Origin: an uncultured bacterium
Lineage (GTDB): Bacteria; Patescibacteriota; Minisyncoccia; Phycocordibacterales; UBA6065
Assembly: GCA_963841935.1 (NCBI GenBank)
Contig: CAWJEP010000005.1
Coordinates: 69,845-133,844, forward strand
Length of the DNA stretch: 64,000 bases
Direction: 5' to 3'
Both the position numbers and the translations under genes were made by a program. The notes beneath the pieces were generated by a model. That model worked only from the letters and a program-made list of their open reading frames with translations, did not search any database and was not told the DNA's origin. Positions within the stretch are counted from its first letter, which is position 1, and each line of letters starts with the position of its first letter. Below, piece after piece: positions 1 through 8,601 of the stretch.

Positions 1-351
1 TCCTGCGCGATTGGAATAATCAATTCGGTCATTCCCGTCATCGTGGCCATTACCGTGCTCTACATCATCTGGGGCGCGTTCAATCTGACAAAGTCCGAAG
101 GCGAAGACCGCAAGAAGTGGGGACAGGTAATTCTCTACGGCGTCGTTGGTTTGTTCATCATGGTGTCCATATATGGCATAGTCAACATTCTCGTCGGCAC
201 TTTCGGTTTCGGAGCAAATAGCATCACCACACCGAATATCTCTGTTGGCGTACAATCGCCAGTCAGTCCGGGAAATATTATAATGTCAACACCAACAAAT
301 TCGAGTCAGGCGCCTGTCACAAGTCAGAATAGTCCGTTCCAGGCGCCTTAA
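1..351 (+). CDS. T4SS pilin-like small membrane protein (TrbC/VirB2 family), 5' partial at window edge
   Basis: ORF runs off the window start. Hydrophobic helix, then charged KSEGEDRKK, then the ILYGVVGLFIMVSIYGIVNILVG helix. The same two-helix pattern occurs in the two downstream paralogs and matches the T4SS pilin-like (TrbC/VirB2) architecture that is common in CPR genomes. Confidence 0.5.
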   Translation, partial: SCAIGIINSVIPVIVAITVLYIIWGAFNLTKSEGEDRKKWGQVILYGVVGLFIMVSIYGIVNILVGTFGFGANSITTPNISVGVQSPVSPGNIIMSTPTNSSQAPVTSQNSPFQAP

Positions 352-453
352 GCCCTGTTGATAACCATTTTCTTTTGTTTTGGGGCGGGGTATAATCATT
401 ATTGTCCCATTGTAAGTCGCATTATTCGGCAATTTATCAGTTTGTTTATAAAT

Positions 454-828
454 ATGAAAAATATAGCTAGAAAAGTAGGTATAGGAGCGGCAATGTTTCT
501 TTTGCCGGCTGTGGCGTTCGCCCAGTACAGCATTCAAAGTTCGACCGGACTTTTTTCCGCCATTCAGTCCATTCTAAACGCCATTATCCCGATTATCATC
601 GCTTTGGCGGTCGTCTTCATTCTATGGGGAATCGTTCAGTCGTTCATAAAAGGTTCCGATGAAGAGCGAAAGGCCGGTCATATGAAGATTCTCTACGGCA
701 TTATCGGTCTCTTCGTCATGATTTCCATTTGGGGTCTCGTGAACATTCTCGTGGGTACGACCGGTCTCAACAATCAGGTTCCGACAAATCAGATTCCGAA
801 CGTAAATAACATTACCAACGGTAGCTAG
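454..828 (+). CDS. T4SS pilin-like small membrane protein (TrbC/VirB2 family), paralog 2
   Basis: ATG at 454 gives a signal peptide (MKNIARKVGIGAAMFLLPAVAFAQ). Then IQSILNAIIPIIIALAVVFILWGIV..KGSDEERKAGHMKILYGIIGLFVMISIWGLVNILVG, paralogous to the neighbours. The longer ORF from 358 is less likely. Confidence 0.5.
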   Translation: MKNIARKVGIGAAMFLLPAVAFAQYSIQSSTGLFSAIQSILNAIIPIIIALAVVFILWGIVQSFIKGSDEERKAGHMKILYGIIGLFVMISIWGLVNILVGTTGLNNQVPTNQIPNVNNITNGS

Positions 829-837
829 TAAAACCGG

Positions 838-1074
838 GTGTCTATAATCACGAAAGTCTTAACAATCGTCATCGATCCGGCGATTCAAGTCCTCTTGGCC
901 GTCGCTATCCTTTACTTTATCTGGGGAGTCTGGGTGTTTGTTAGAAATGCCGAGAGTCCGGACAAAAGGCAAGAAGGGGCGAGTCACATTCTCTACGCCA
1001 CAATCGGCATATTCGTGATGGTCAGCGTCTTTGGGATCATGGCACTCATTCAGAATTCTTTCGGTCTCCACTGA
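838..1074 (+). CDS. T4SS pilin-like small membrane protein (TrbC/VirB2 family), paralog 3
   Basis: GTG start. IDPAIQVLLAVAILYFIWGVWVFVRNAESPDKRQEGASHILYATIGIFVMVSVFGIMALI has the same motif arrangement as paralogs 1 and 2. Confidence 0.45.
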   Translation: MSIITKVLTIVIDPAIQVLLAVAILYFIWGVWVFVRNAESPDKRQEGASHILYATIGIFVMVSVFGIMALIQNSFGLH

Positions 1075-1103
1075 CATACAAAAAAAATTTCGGAAAAGAA
1101 AAA

Positions 1104-1133
1104 GGGCCGAACGCGCGTAGCGCGTTCGGCCCT
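1104..1133. terminator. Bidirectional rho-independent terminator hairpin between convergent genes
   Basis: Inverted repeat GGGCCGAACGCGC-GTA-GCGCGTTCGGCCC. It is flanked by an A-run upstream and a T-run downstream, between the + gene ending at 1074 and the - gene ending at 1146. Confidence 0.5.
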
Positions 1134-1145
1134 TGGGTTTTTGAA

Positions 1146-1850
1146 CTATCGTGGCCCCGTGGAAAAACTTACGGAGAGCGGGTGATTCACTAGGGATGTG
1201 TACTCGATTGATTGAGTATCCGGCCCAAGTCGCAAAGACTTCAGTTGTTGTCCTGTAGTCGGAATTACCTTCCAGCCGTTTTTCCTTACCGCCATTTGCG
1301 GGTCGTCATCTCCGACGTACACCCCGCTGAAGCAATAATTTTGAGGGATTATCTCGATCTTTGACCACTGTTCACCGCACGGAACGGCGACTGTCTCGAC
1401 CGAACTCCCTTTACCCTCGTCTAGTTTTCTCGTTGCCGCCGGTTTTTCCTTGATCGCTTCCGCAACGTGCGGGTTTACGACAGGCGAGCCGGTTATGATA
1501 ACGAGCGCCAAGAGCGTGGCATTTACCGCGATGGCATTCTTCGGTCTTGTGAGACAGAAAATGACACCGCAGACGATGACAACAACGACCCACGAATGGT
1601 CCGCGGTAAGAGCTTGCCCTATGGCGAAGCCCGAACCTAGGAACTGTATGGACCATATGAGCAGGACGAACGTAACGAGAGCCGTAACCTCGGCGCCGAG
1701 GTTTTTCAACCCAGCGCCGATTTTCTTTACTCCCGCAAGTCCATTGATGTTCGGGACGCTCAGTTTGCCCTCGAACCATGCCCACAGACCTATGGCGACA
1801 AGTAGAAACAGTCCGGCTATTCCAAGCAGAATGTAGTTTATATTTTGCAT
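1146..1850 (-). CDS. Membrane protein, possible NfeD-like partner of the adjacent SPFH protein
   Basis: 234 aa. N-terminal half has several TM helices and the C-terminal half is soluble and beta-rich. It sits immediately downstream of the SPFH/band-7 gene on the same strand, spaced like an operon. The NfeD assignment is inferred from context only. Confidence 0.35.
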   Translation of the reverse strand: MQNINYILLGIAGLFLLVAIGLWAWFEGKLSVPNINGLAGVKKIGAGLKNLGAEVTALVTFVLLIWSIQFLGSGFAIGQALTADHSWVVVVIVCGVIFCLTRPKNAIAVNATLLALVIITGSPVVNPHVAEAIKEKPAATRKLDEGKGSSVETVAVPCGEQWSKIEIIPQNYCFSGVYVGDDDPQMAVRKNGWKVIPTTGQQLKSLRLGPDTQSIEYTSLVNHPLSVSFSTGPR

Positions 1851-1860
1851 GTGGCCCTCC

Positions 1861-2937
1861 TTACTTGGAAACGGTCTCTATGGGGACAGAAATTAACGGT
1901 CCCTGACCACCGAAGGTTACGACTTTCGTCTGGGCCCCTTGGATGGCTTCAGACATTTTTAGAGCGGAATACATACTCGCGCCGTTTGGATTGGTTCCAA
2001 CCGCCGCAAACTCCGCGGTAATCGCCTCTCCCTCAGCCTTGCCTTTGAGTTTGATTACGTCCGCCTCGGCTGTTCCGATGGCGAGAATCTTTCCGGCCTC
2101 ACCCTTACCCTCCTCGATTGTCGCTTGGGCTTCAAGCTTGGCGACTTCGATTGCGGTGCTCGCTTTTAGGATTTCACCCGAAGACCCAGAGAGGTCGTAC
2201 GCGACAAACTCGGCGTGCACGATTTTCACCGCGCCAGCCAGAATTGACCGAACATCTACCCCGTTCGTCGTCAGGAACTTCGCGAGCGACCCGCTCGTTT
2301 TTTCGTCGTTGACCGCGGCACGGAATTGTTCGAGGTTTTTTTCTTTCGAATAGGTCTCGTCCAAACCGCTTATGGCCGATACAGCGAATGGCATCCAATT
2401 GCCCTTGAGTATATAGATAAGATACAACGGCTTGACTATCTCAAGGGTGACGTTCATCAATATCTGGAGTTGGAAGTTTCCGATAATCTTGATGTCGTTG
2501 GACAGAATTGCGTAAACGCTTTTCCAGTACGCGGAATCAACGGCGTTTTCACCCTTGTAAGCACGATGCGCCATTGTGTAGCGCACCTGTTTTGTCATGG
2601 GGTCTGTTGTTGCCTCCAGTTCATCGTATTCGAAATCGTACACGTGAACTCTCCTGAACAAGATACCTACCCACATGATGCCGAATCTCTCTGTAAACCA
2701 ACGGAGTTTTGGCTTGCCGTCGATTATCACGTCGTTCACGGGGTCGTATGTCTTGCCCGGAACGTTGATTAGCATTTCACAGAAGCTTTCGCCCCTGTCT
2801 ATCATCTTCATTTCCCCCGTGGGAACGAAGGTGAACATGATGTTGTTCTTTGCCAGGATATATACGATACCTAACAGCGACCCAGCAATCACGGCTAGTG
2901 AAAGTAGGCACACGAATACTAGGATTATTGCTTGCAT
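1861..2937 (-). CDS. SPFH/band 7 family protein (flotillin/YqiK-like)
   Basis: N-terminal TM helix (MQAIILVFVCLLSLAVIAGSLLGIVYIL), an SPFH core, and a C-terminal EA-rich repeat (AIEVAKLEAQATIEEGKGEAGKILAIGTAEADVIKLKGKAEGEAITAEFAA) typical of flotillin-like proteins. Start chosen at ATG 2937, the internal Met of the longer ORF. Confidence 0.7.
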   Translation of the reverse strand: MQAIILVFVCLLSLAVIAGSLLGIVYILAKNNIMFTFVPTGEMKMIDRGESFCEMLINVPGKTYDPVNDVIIDGKPKLRWFTERFGIMWVGILFRRVHVYDFEYDELEATTDPMTKQVRYTMAHRAYKGENAVDSAYWKSVYAILSNDIKIIGNFQLQILMNVTLEIVKPLYLIYILKGNWMPFAVSAISGLDETYSKEKNLEQFRAAVNDEKTSGSLAKFLTTNGVDVRSILAGAVKIVHAEFVAYDLSGSSGEILKASTAIEVAKLEAQATIEEGKGEAGKILAIGTAEADVIKLKGKAEGEAITAEFAAVGTNPNGASMYSALKMSEAIQGAQTKVVTFGGQGPLISVPIETVSK

Positions 2938-3045
2938 GTTAAAGACCCTTTTGTTTATTAATGCCAAGCGTAGTGCCGGCATTTCCCGCAAAACTCTATC
3001 ATACATATTATATGTATGTCAATGACACGGAAAAGTGGTTTTAGC

Positions 3046-3078
3046 AATAAAAAAGCCGGCACTTTTAAGGTGCCGGCG
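3046..3078 (-). terminator. Rho-independent terminator for the response-regulator gene
   Basis: Hairpin GCCGGCAC-TTTTAAG-GTGCCGGC overlaps the stop codon. A T-run follows on the minus strand (plus-strand A-run 3047-3054). Confidence 0.4.
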
Positions 3079-3436
3079 GTTCAGACTTGCCGAGACTTGC
3101 CAGGGCATCTCTTATTTTTTGCAGATTGACCGGCTTCCCGAGAAATTTGTCGGCCTTGTGGCCGAGTTTCTCGGCGTCGCCGCTCATGAGAATGAATAGG
3201 GTTTCCGGCCGTTCGCTTTTCACGATTTCGGCAAAGACGTCCCCGTTCATGTTCGGCATGTTCGTATCCGAGATGATGATGGAAGGGGCATCCTTTCTGA
3301 AAGCATCGAGTCCCGCCTGACCGTCAGGAACCGTGATTACCTCAAAACCCATTCGGGTCAGGATAATCTCGATTATGTCTCTAATCTCGCCGACGTCCTC
3401 CGCGACGAGGATTGTTTTCTTTTTTGTAGTATCCAT
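3065..3436 (-). CDS. Single-domain response regulator (CheY-like receiver)
   Basis: KKTILVAEDVGEIRDIIEIILTRMGFEVITVPDGQAGL...IIISDTNMPNMNGDVF...LMSGDAEKLGHKADKFLGKP matches a receiver domain, with the phospho-acceptor Asp and Lys conserved. Start at ATG 3436 (MDTTKKK). Confidence 0.65.
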   Translation of the reverse strand: MDTTKKKTILVAEDVGEIRDIIEIILTRMGFEVITVPDGQAGLDAFRKDAPSIIISDTNMPNMNGDVFAEIVKSERPETLFILMSGDAEKLGHKADKFLGKPVNLQKIRDALASLGKSEPPAP

Positions 3437-3518
3437 AAAAAGGGCATTTTCTTTTGTATTCGGCCGAGTGCCAAATACCACTGAAACCAAAATAGCAGAA
3501 AACACCTAATTTGTCAAA

Positions 3519-3602
3519 TGTGCCGGGGAGAGGACTTGAACCTCCATGGATTACTCCGCTTGCTCCTAAGGCAAGTGCGTCTGCCAATTTCGCCACCCCG
3601 GC
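3519..3602 (-). tRNA. tRNA-Leu (anticodon TAG)
   Basis: The reverse complement folds as a cloverleaf: GCCGGGGTGGCGAAATTGGCAGACGCACTTGCCTTAGGAGCAAG...GGTTCAAGTCCTCTCCCCGGCA. Anticodon stem CTTGC/GCAAG, loop CTTAGGA, long variable arm. Confidence 0.8.
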
Positions 3603-3759
3603 ATTTATCAATACTAACATTTCTTGTCGTCACGGATATTCGTTCGCCGTCGCTCACGAATTCCGCGACCCCGACTCGCCATTTTTCGAAACGAAAAATA
3701 TGGCTCCGTCTCGGACATGTATCAAAAAATATGAATCAATTCATATTTTTCTATCATGT

Positions 3760-3832
3760 CCGCCCGGTTGGAATCGAACCAACGACCATCTCCTTAAGAG
3801 GGAGCTGCTCTACCAACTGAGCTACGGGCGGA
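3760..3832 (-). tRNA. tRNA-Lys (anticodon CTT, probable)
   Basis: Reverse complement CCGCCCGTAGCTCAGTTGGTAGAGCAGCTCCCTCTTAAGGAGATGGTCGTTGGTTCGATTCCAACCGGGCGGA. T-loop GTTCGATTC. 7-bp acceptor CCGCCCG/CGGGCGG. Short variable arm. Anticodon loop CTCTTAA. Confidence 0.7.
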
Positions 3833-3893
3833 TATTTCTATCGCCAAACATTTTTACCACAGAAAAACGAAAACCGAAAGAGTATAAACTTTG

Positions 3894-3975
3894 TGCCCGG
3901 GGTGGGAATCGAACCCACATCTCTTGCGAGACACGATTTTAAGTCGTGCGCGTATACCAATTCCGCCACCCGGGC
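3894..3975 (-). tRNA. tRNA-Leu (anticodon TAA)
   Basis: Reverse complement GCCCGGGTGGCGGAATTGGTATACGCGCACGACTTAAAATCGTGTCTCGCAAGAGATGTGGGTTCGATTCCCACCCCGGGCA. Anticodon stem CACGA/TCGTG, loop CTTAAAA, long variable arm. Confidence 0.8.
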
Positions 3976-3990
3976 AATTTAAAAGTACGG

Positions 3991-4062
3991 AGGCCACGGG
4001 GAGAATCGAACTCCCGCATAGAGATTTTGCAGATCTCCGAATTACCACTTTTCTACGTGGCC
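3991..4062 (-). tRNA. tRNA-Cys (anticodon GCA)
   Basis: Reverse complement GGCCACGTAGAAAAGTGGTAATTCGGAGATCTGCAAAATCTCTATGCGGGAGTTCGATTCTCCCCGTGGCCT. Anticodon stem GAGAT/ATCTC, loop CTGCAAA. Confidence 0.75.
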
Positions 4063-4073
4063 GAGATTTAATA

Positions 4074-4400
4074 CTAATTGTTTTTCGACGCTTCTTCAAC
4101 TCGCTGACGGTTTTTCTCGCCACGGTCTATTTCGAAATCGAAAAAGGGAATACGGAATAATTTCGAATGGCCGACGACATATTCGCGAAAATCGCTCCGT
4201 CGGCGTTTGAGAAAGGCGAGCGCGCGTTCTTCCGAGCTTTCGGGAAAAACGCTGACGAATATTTTCGTGTGTTCGCCTTTCGGGTCCGCGTCGACTTTGG
4301 TGATGGTGATGAGTCCGTCGCCGGCGGATTCGGTAACGACAAACTGTGCCGCGAGGGCGCGGATGATTTCTTCAAATCTGCCGTGTTTTTTTACGTCCAT
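4074..4400 (-). CDS. rbfA: Ribosome-binding factor A
   Basis: RFEEIIRALAAQFVVTESAGDGLITITKVDADPKGEHTKIFVSVFPESSEE fits the RbfA family. It lies directly downstream of infB, the classic infB-rbfA arrangement. Start at ATG 4400, one nucleotide after the infB stop. Confidence 0.7.
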   Translation of the reverse strand: MDVKKHGRFEEIIRALAAQFVVTESAGDGLITITKVDADPKGEHTKIFVSVFPESSEERALAFLKRRRSDFREYVVGHSKLFRIPFFDFEIDRGEKNRQRVEEASKNN

Positions 4401-4401
4401 T

Positions 4402-5976
4402 CTATTTTTCAACCATTATCACATCCTCGATGATATCGCCGGGCGCGATATCGAGCGCCGATTCTATCATCGCGCCGAATTCGAAGCCGACGGCGACCTC
4501 GTCGGTCTTTTTCTTTGCTTGTTCGAGTCCGCGAATCGTCGCTCTCTTTATTTCGGTATTGTTTCTCATGATTTTTATTTCATGACCGACGTGAATAATG
4601 CCCGACAAAACTTTGCCGCCGACGATTTGACGGTCTTTTGTCTTCGAAAAGAAGCGCATTATTTTCGCCGTGCCGGCGACTTCTTCCGCCGTGATTTTCG
4701 GGGTGCGTTTCGCCGACTCCTCCTCTAGCCACTGCGAAAGTTTGTAAATAATGTCGAACATTAGGACCGGAACGCCGAGCCGCTCGGCCGCGACTTTGGC
4801 TGAAGCGTCGGAGGAGACATTGAATCCTATGACGACGGCGCCTTTGGCGGAGCCGGCGAATTTCACGTCGGACTCCGTGATGGCGCCGATGGACGAAGAA
4901 AGGATTTTGAGTGTCACGCGGTCGTTTTTGATTTTCTTTATTTCGTATTCGATGGCCTCGAGACTTCCGGCGAGGTCGGCTTTTATGATGATGGGGAAGA
5001 CGGCTGCTTCCGGAATCTCGGCTTCAGAAAAAGTGGCTTCCGTCTCGCTTGTGCGCTCCGCTCCGACTACGCGCTCGCCGGAAGCCACTTTTTCTTTCGC
5101 CTTATTATTTTGCGCAAAATTTTCCGCGTATTCTTCGGCATCGCGCTTCTTTTCGAAAGTTTGAAAAGTCGCGCCGACTTTCGGGGATTTGCTCCAGCCG
5201 GTGATGACGATTGGTGAAGAAAATGTCGGCGCGACGAGGCGTTTGCCGTTTCCGTCTTCGATAATGCGCGCCGGAGCGACGGCGTCGCCGGCGACGATGG
5301 TCGTGCCGCTTTGCAAAGTGCCGTTTTTAATGATGAGCGTCGCGGCCACGCCTTTTTTCGAGTCGCGAGAACTTTCGACCACTATGCCTTCCGCCGACGC
5401 GTTCGCTTCTCCTTTAAGTCCTAGAATTTCGGCGGAAAGAAGTACGAGGTCGAGGAGAGCCGGCACGCCATCGCCGGTTTTCGCCGATATCGCCGTGAAA
5501 GAAATCGTGCCGCCATAGCCCTCGAGATACACGCCGTTTTCCGCGAGAGAGTTTTTTGTTCGGTCTATGTCCGCGTTTGGCTTGTCTATTTTATTTATGG
5601 CGACAATGAAAGGTGTTTTTGATTCTTCGATGGCTTTGTATGCTTCAATCGTTTGCGGTTTGACCCCGTCTTCGGCGCTGATGACGAGGATGGCTAGGTC
5701 GGCGACACGACTTCCGCGCTTGCGCATTTCTTGGAACGCTTCGTGCCCGGGCGTGTCTATGAAAGTGATTTTCTTGCCGGCGTGTTCTATTTCATAAGCG
5801 GAAATTTTCTGCGTGATGCCGCCGACCTCGGCGTCCACCACATTAGTTTTTCTTATGTAATCAAGAAGTGTGCTCTTGCCGTGGTCGATATGCCCCAAAA
5901 CCGCGACGACCGGAGGTCGCTCGATGGATGTTTTCTTTTCTCCGCCAGTTGGCGGATTGGCTACGGTTTTCGGCAT
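4402..5976 (-). CDS. infB: Translation initiation factor IF-2 (short form)
   Basis: GTP-binding motifs GHIDHGKSTLLD and DTPGHEAF, plus IF-2 domains through the C-terminus. At 524 aa it lacks the long N-terminal region, as in CPR genomes. Confidence 0.9.
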   Translation of the reverse strand: MPKTVANPPTGGEKKTSIERPPVVAVLGHIDHGKSTLLDYIRKTNVVDAEVGGITQKISAYEIEHAGKKITFIDTPGHEAFQEMRKRGSRVADLAILVISAEDGVKPQTIEAYKAIEESKTPFIVAINKIDKPNADIDRTKNSLAENGVYLEGYGGTISFTAISAKTGDGVPALLDLVLLSAEILGLKGEANASAEGIVVESSRDSKKGVAATLIIKNGTLQSGTTIVAGDAVAPARIIEDGNGKRLVAPTFSSPIVITGWSKSPKVGATFQTFEKKRDAEEYAENFAQNNKAKEKVASGERVVGAERTSETEATFSEAEIPEAAVFPIIIKADLAGSLEAIEYEIKKIKNDRVTLKILSSSIGAITESDVKFAGSAKGAVVIGFNVSSDASAKVAAERLGVPVLMFDIIYKLSQWLEEESAKRTPKITAEEVAGTAKIMRFFSKTKDRQIVGGKVLSGIIHVGHEIKIMRNNTEIKRATIRGLEQAKKKTDEVAVGFEFGAMIESALDIAPGDIIEDVIMVEK

Positions 5977-6008
5977 AAGATTGTTTTGAAATGAAATGAT
6001 GTGTCACG

Positions 6009-6476
6009 TCAGTTTGATATACGCTCTCTCGCGCGCGATAGGGCTTCGCGCTCTTCGCCGGAAAGTTCGTATTCGGAATTGAAACGAGCTATCGGCTTGG
6101 AAAACACGGAAACACGGTCGCGCGAATACATGCTCGATACTATGAATCCGTCGCCGTTCTCGTCAACGAGCGCGGCGGCGAAACTCTGATTGCCGCCTTC
6201 TCCCGTGCCCTTGAAAGCGTTGAAGCGCACGGTGTGAATTCCTTGGACACTGCGTCGCAATCTTTTCTCGACGCCGACGAAATATTTTTCCGCTTCTCCT
6301 TGAAAGTTTTCTAGAGACTTAACGTCCTTGTCGAGAGAGACAATCGAATCGGCGATATCGACAGTCTTGCAACGCATTACTTTTCGCAGTTTCAGCCGAA
6401 GCATAACGGCGTCGACCGTGACGGCAATCATTAGGACGATGAGAATTATGACGAGAGTGTTTGTGGTCAAGAGCAT
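6009..6476 (-). CDS. Membrane-anchored protein, DUF4446-like
   Basis: N-terminal TM helix and a soluble domain (FNAFKGTGEGGNQSFAAALVDENGDGFIVSSMYSRDRVSVFSKPI). The DUF4446 family assignment is from recall and is tentative. Confidence 0.35.
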   Translation of the reverse strand: MLLTTNTLVIILIVLMIAVTVDAVMLRLKLRKVMRCKTVDIADSIVSLDKDVKSLENFQGEAEKYFVGVEKRLRRSVQGIHTVRFNAFKGTGEGGNQSFAAALVDENGDGFIVSSMYSRDRVSVFSKPIARFNSEYELSGEEREALSRARERISN

Positions 6477-6531
6477 ACCGACAATATATATCTTTTTCGC
6501 CGATTTCGCAATTATGATTTATGATACTTAG

Positions 6532-7734
6532 ATGTTTCGAAAAAGAATATACGCGGATTACGCTTCGACGACGCCGCTGTCGAGTGAAGCCCGCCGCGCC
6601 ATGAGGAAAACCGAAAAACTCGGAAACCCGTCGGCTATTTATAAAGAAGGCGTCGAAGCGGAAAAATTTCTGGAAGCGGCCCGCGCGCTTTGCGCGCGGG
6701 CCCTCGAATCCCGTCCGGAAGAAATCTTTTTCACCTCCGGCGGCACGGAATCGAACAATCTCGGCGTTGCCGGAGTCATTGAGGCAAGACGTGCCGACGG
6801 GATTCCATATGAAAAAATTCACGTCGTCACGACGCCGATTGAGCATTCTTCCGTTCTCGAATGCGTCAGGGAATACGAAAAACGCGGCGTAAAAATTTCC
6901 TTTGCCGACATAAATAAAGAAGGAATCGTTTCCGTCGAATCAATAAAGAAAAAAATAAATCCCGATACGGTTTTGGTTTCCGTAATGTACGCGAACAACG
7001 AAATAGGCACGATACAGCCGATTCACGAAATCGGAGAAATGATTCGCGAAATGAAAAAAGAAAAGGCAAGCGTGTATCCTTTTTTCCACACTGACGCCTG
7101 TCAAGCACCACTTTTTCTTTCTCTTCATCGGGAAAATCTGCGCGCCGACCTTATGTCTCTCGACGGCCACAAAATATACGGGCCACGCGGCGCGGGAATC
7201 CTTTTCGTGAGAAACGGCGTGAAAATCTCGCCTATTCTTTTTGGCGGCGGACAGGAAAGGGGACTGCGTTCAACCACGGAAAATATTTCCGGCATCGCGG
7301 GAATGGCGGCCGCCCTTCGACAAGCTCAGGGCGGCCGCGAGAAATTTTCCGCGCGAATGAAACTTTTGCGCGACTTTTTCGTATTAGAAACGGAGGAGCA
7401 TTTTCCCGAAGCGGTTCTAAACGGCTCTCTCGAAAAAAGATTGCCGAATAACGCCAATTTTTCTTTCCCGTGGATTTCCGACGCGGAGTTCGCCGTGCTA
7501 ACGCTTGACGCCAAAGGTATCGCGTGCTCGACAAAAAGCTCGTGCCTGAAAGGCGAAGATGAATCATACGTCGTTTCCGCGCTTGAACCGGGAAATAAGT
7601 GGCGCTCGCGGAGCACTTTGCGTTTTACCTTTGGCGTCAAAAACACCAAGCGTGATATAATAAAAATCGTAGAAGCTCTGGAGAATATCAAGAAAATTCT
7701 GGCTAAAAACTCACCCCTTGCTAAAAATCAATAA
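6532..7734 (+). CDS. Cysteine desulfurase (NifS/IscS family, class V aminotransferase)
   Basis: YADYASTTP near the N-terminus, TSGGTESNN, the PLP-lysine motif SLDGHKIYGPRGAGILFV, and an active-site Cys region CSTKSSC near the C-terminus. Confidence 0.8.
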   Translation: MFRKRIYADYASTTPLSSEARRAMRKTEKLGNPSAIYKEGVEAEKFLEAARALCARALESRPEEIFFTSGGTESNNLGVAGVIEARRADGIPYEKIHVVTTPIEHSSVLECVREYEKRGVKISFADINKEGIVSVESIKKKINPDTVLVSVMYANNEIGTIQPIHEIGEMIREMKKEKASVYPFFHTDACQAPLFLSLHRENLRADLMSLDGHKIYGPRGAGILFVRNGVKISPILFGGGQERGLRSTTENISGIAGMAAALRQAQGGREKFSARMKLLRDFFVLETEEHFPEAVLNGSLEKRLPNNANFSFPWISDAEFAVLTLDAKGIACSTKSSCLKGEDESYVVSALEPGNKWRSRSTLRFTFGVKNTKRDIIKIVEALENIKKILAKNSPLAKNQ

Positions 7735-7753
7735 ATGTTTTACACTCTAAACC

Positions 7754-8581
7754 ATGGATCTCAATAATCTAAACAAACATCAGGTCATTTTGGTGGCGCT
7801 TTTGGTCTCTTTCGTCGCGTCCACGGCCACGGGCATCATTACCGTGTCTTTGATGAATCAAGCTCCGCCGCCGGTGACGCAGACCATAGAGCACGTCATT
7901 CAGACTACTGTCGAAAAAGTCGCGCCCGCCACACAGGGCGCGGCAGTGGCTCAGGAGACCGTAATCGTACAAGAAGACACCGCGACGATCGCCGCCATAG
8001 CCAAAGCGTCGCAATCAATCGTCCGCGTTTATTCTTCCGACCCCTACGGCAACACGCATTTCGTCGGTTTCGGCGTCATAGCCACGAGCTCCGCCTCTGC
8101 GACGACTACTTTCGTCGTCGGTAAAATAACCGTAGCCGGGGAGACAAGCTTCTCCGGACATCTCGAAGGCGGCAACACAGTGAACCTTTCCCTTCTTTCA
8201 ACCGACCCTTCGTCGGGACTTTCCATTTTCTCCATGGCGCAGAGCTCTGATTTGACGCAAGCCAAAGCTTTCACCGGCGCGACCTTCACGAACTCCGACG
8301 GCGTCCAGCTCGGTCAGACGGTCGTGGCGATAGGCGGACAGACCAATCCTTTCATTTCCACCGGCATCATCTCCAGTCTTTCGACGATAACCGTTTCCGC
8401 CACGTCTTCCGACGAAACGGTAACAAATATTTTCTCCAATATTTCCGACCAGGAACTCATGACTAACGCCATTCTTGTCGATCTCTCCGGCAACATTGTC
8501 GGTTTCAAGACGGGCTCAACAGTTTCCGACGGATTTGTTCCGGCAAAATACGCGGTGGCTCTTGTGAACCAAGGCCTATAG
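7754..8581 (+). CDS. Membrane-anchored trypsin-like (HtrA/DegP-like) domain protein with degenerate catalytic motifs
   Basis: N-terminal TM helix. LGQTVVAIGGQTNPFISTGIISSL resembles the DegP segment VGDxVxAIGNPFGLGQTVTSGIxSAL. The expected GNSGG catalytic-serine motif is replaced by LMTNAILVDLSGNIVG. Confidence 0.4.
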   Translation: MDLNNLNKHQVILVALLVSFVASTATGIITVSLMNQAPPPVTQTIEHVIQTTVEKVAPATQGAAVAQETVIVQEDTATIAAIAKASQSIVRVYSSDPYGNTHFVGFGVIATSSASATTTFVVGKITVAGETSFSGHLEGGNTVNLSLLSTDPSSGLSIFSMAQSSDLTQAKAFTGATFTNSDGVQLGQTVVAIGGQTNPFISTGIISSLSTITVSATSSDETVTNIFSNISDQELMTNAILVDLSGNIVGFKTGSTVSDGFVPAKYAVALVNQGL

Positions 8582-8601
8582 AAAGTTTCGTATAAAAACA
8601 T

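Noticed and set aside
3603-3759. 156-nt spacer between tRNA-Leu and tRNA-Lys, checked for a fifth tRNA
   Set aside because: No T-loop (GTTCGANTC) or D-arm consensus, and no acceptor-stem pairing was found. It is treated as plain spacer.
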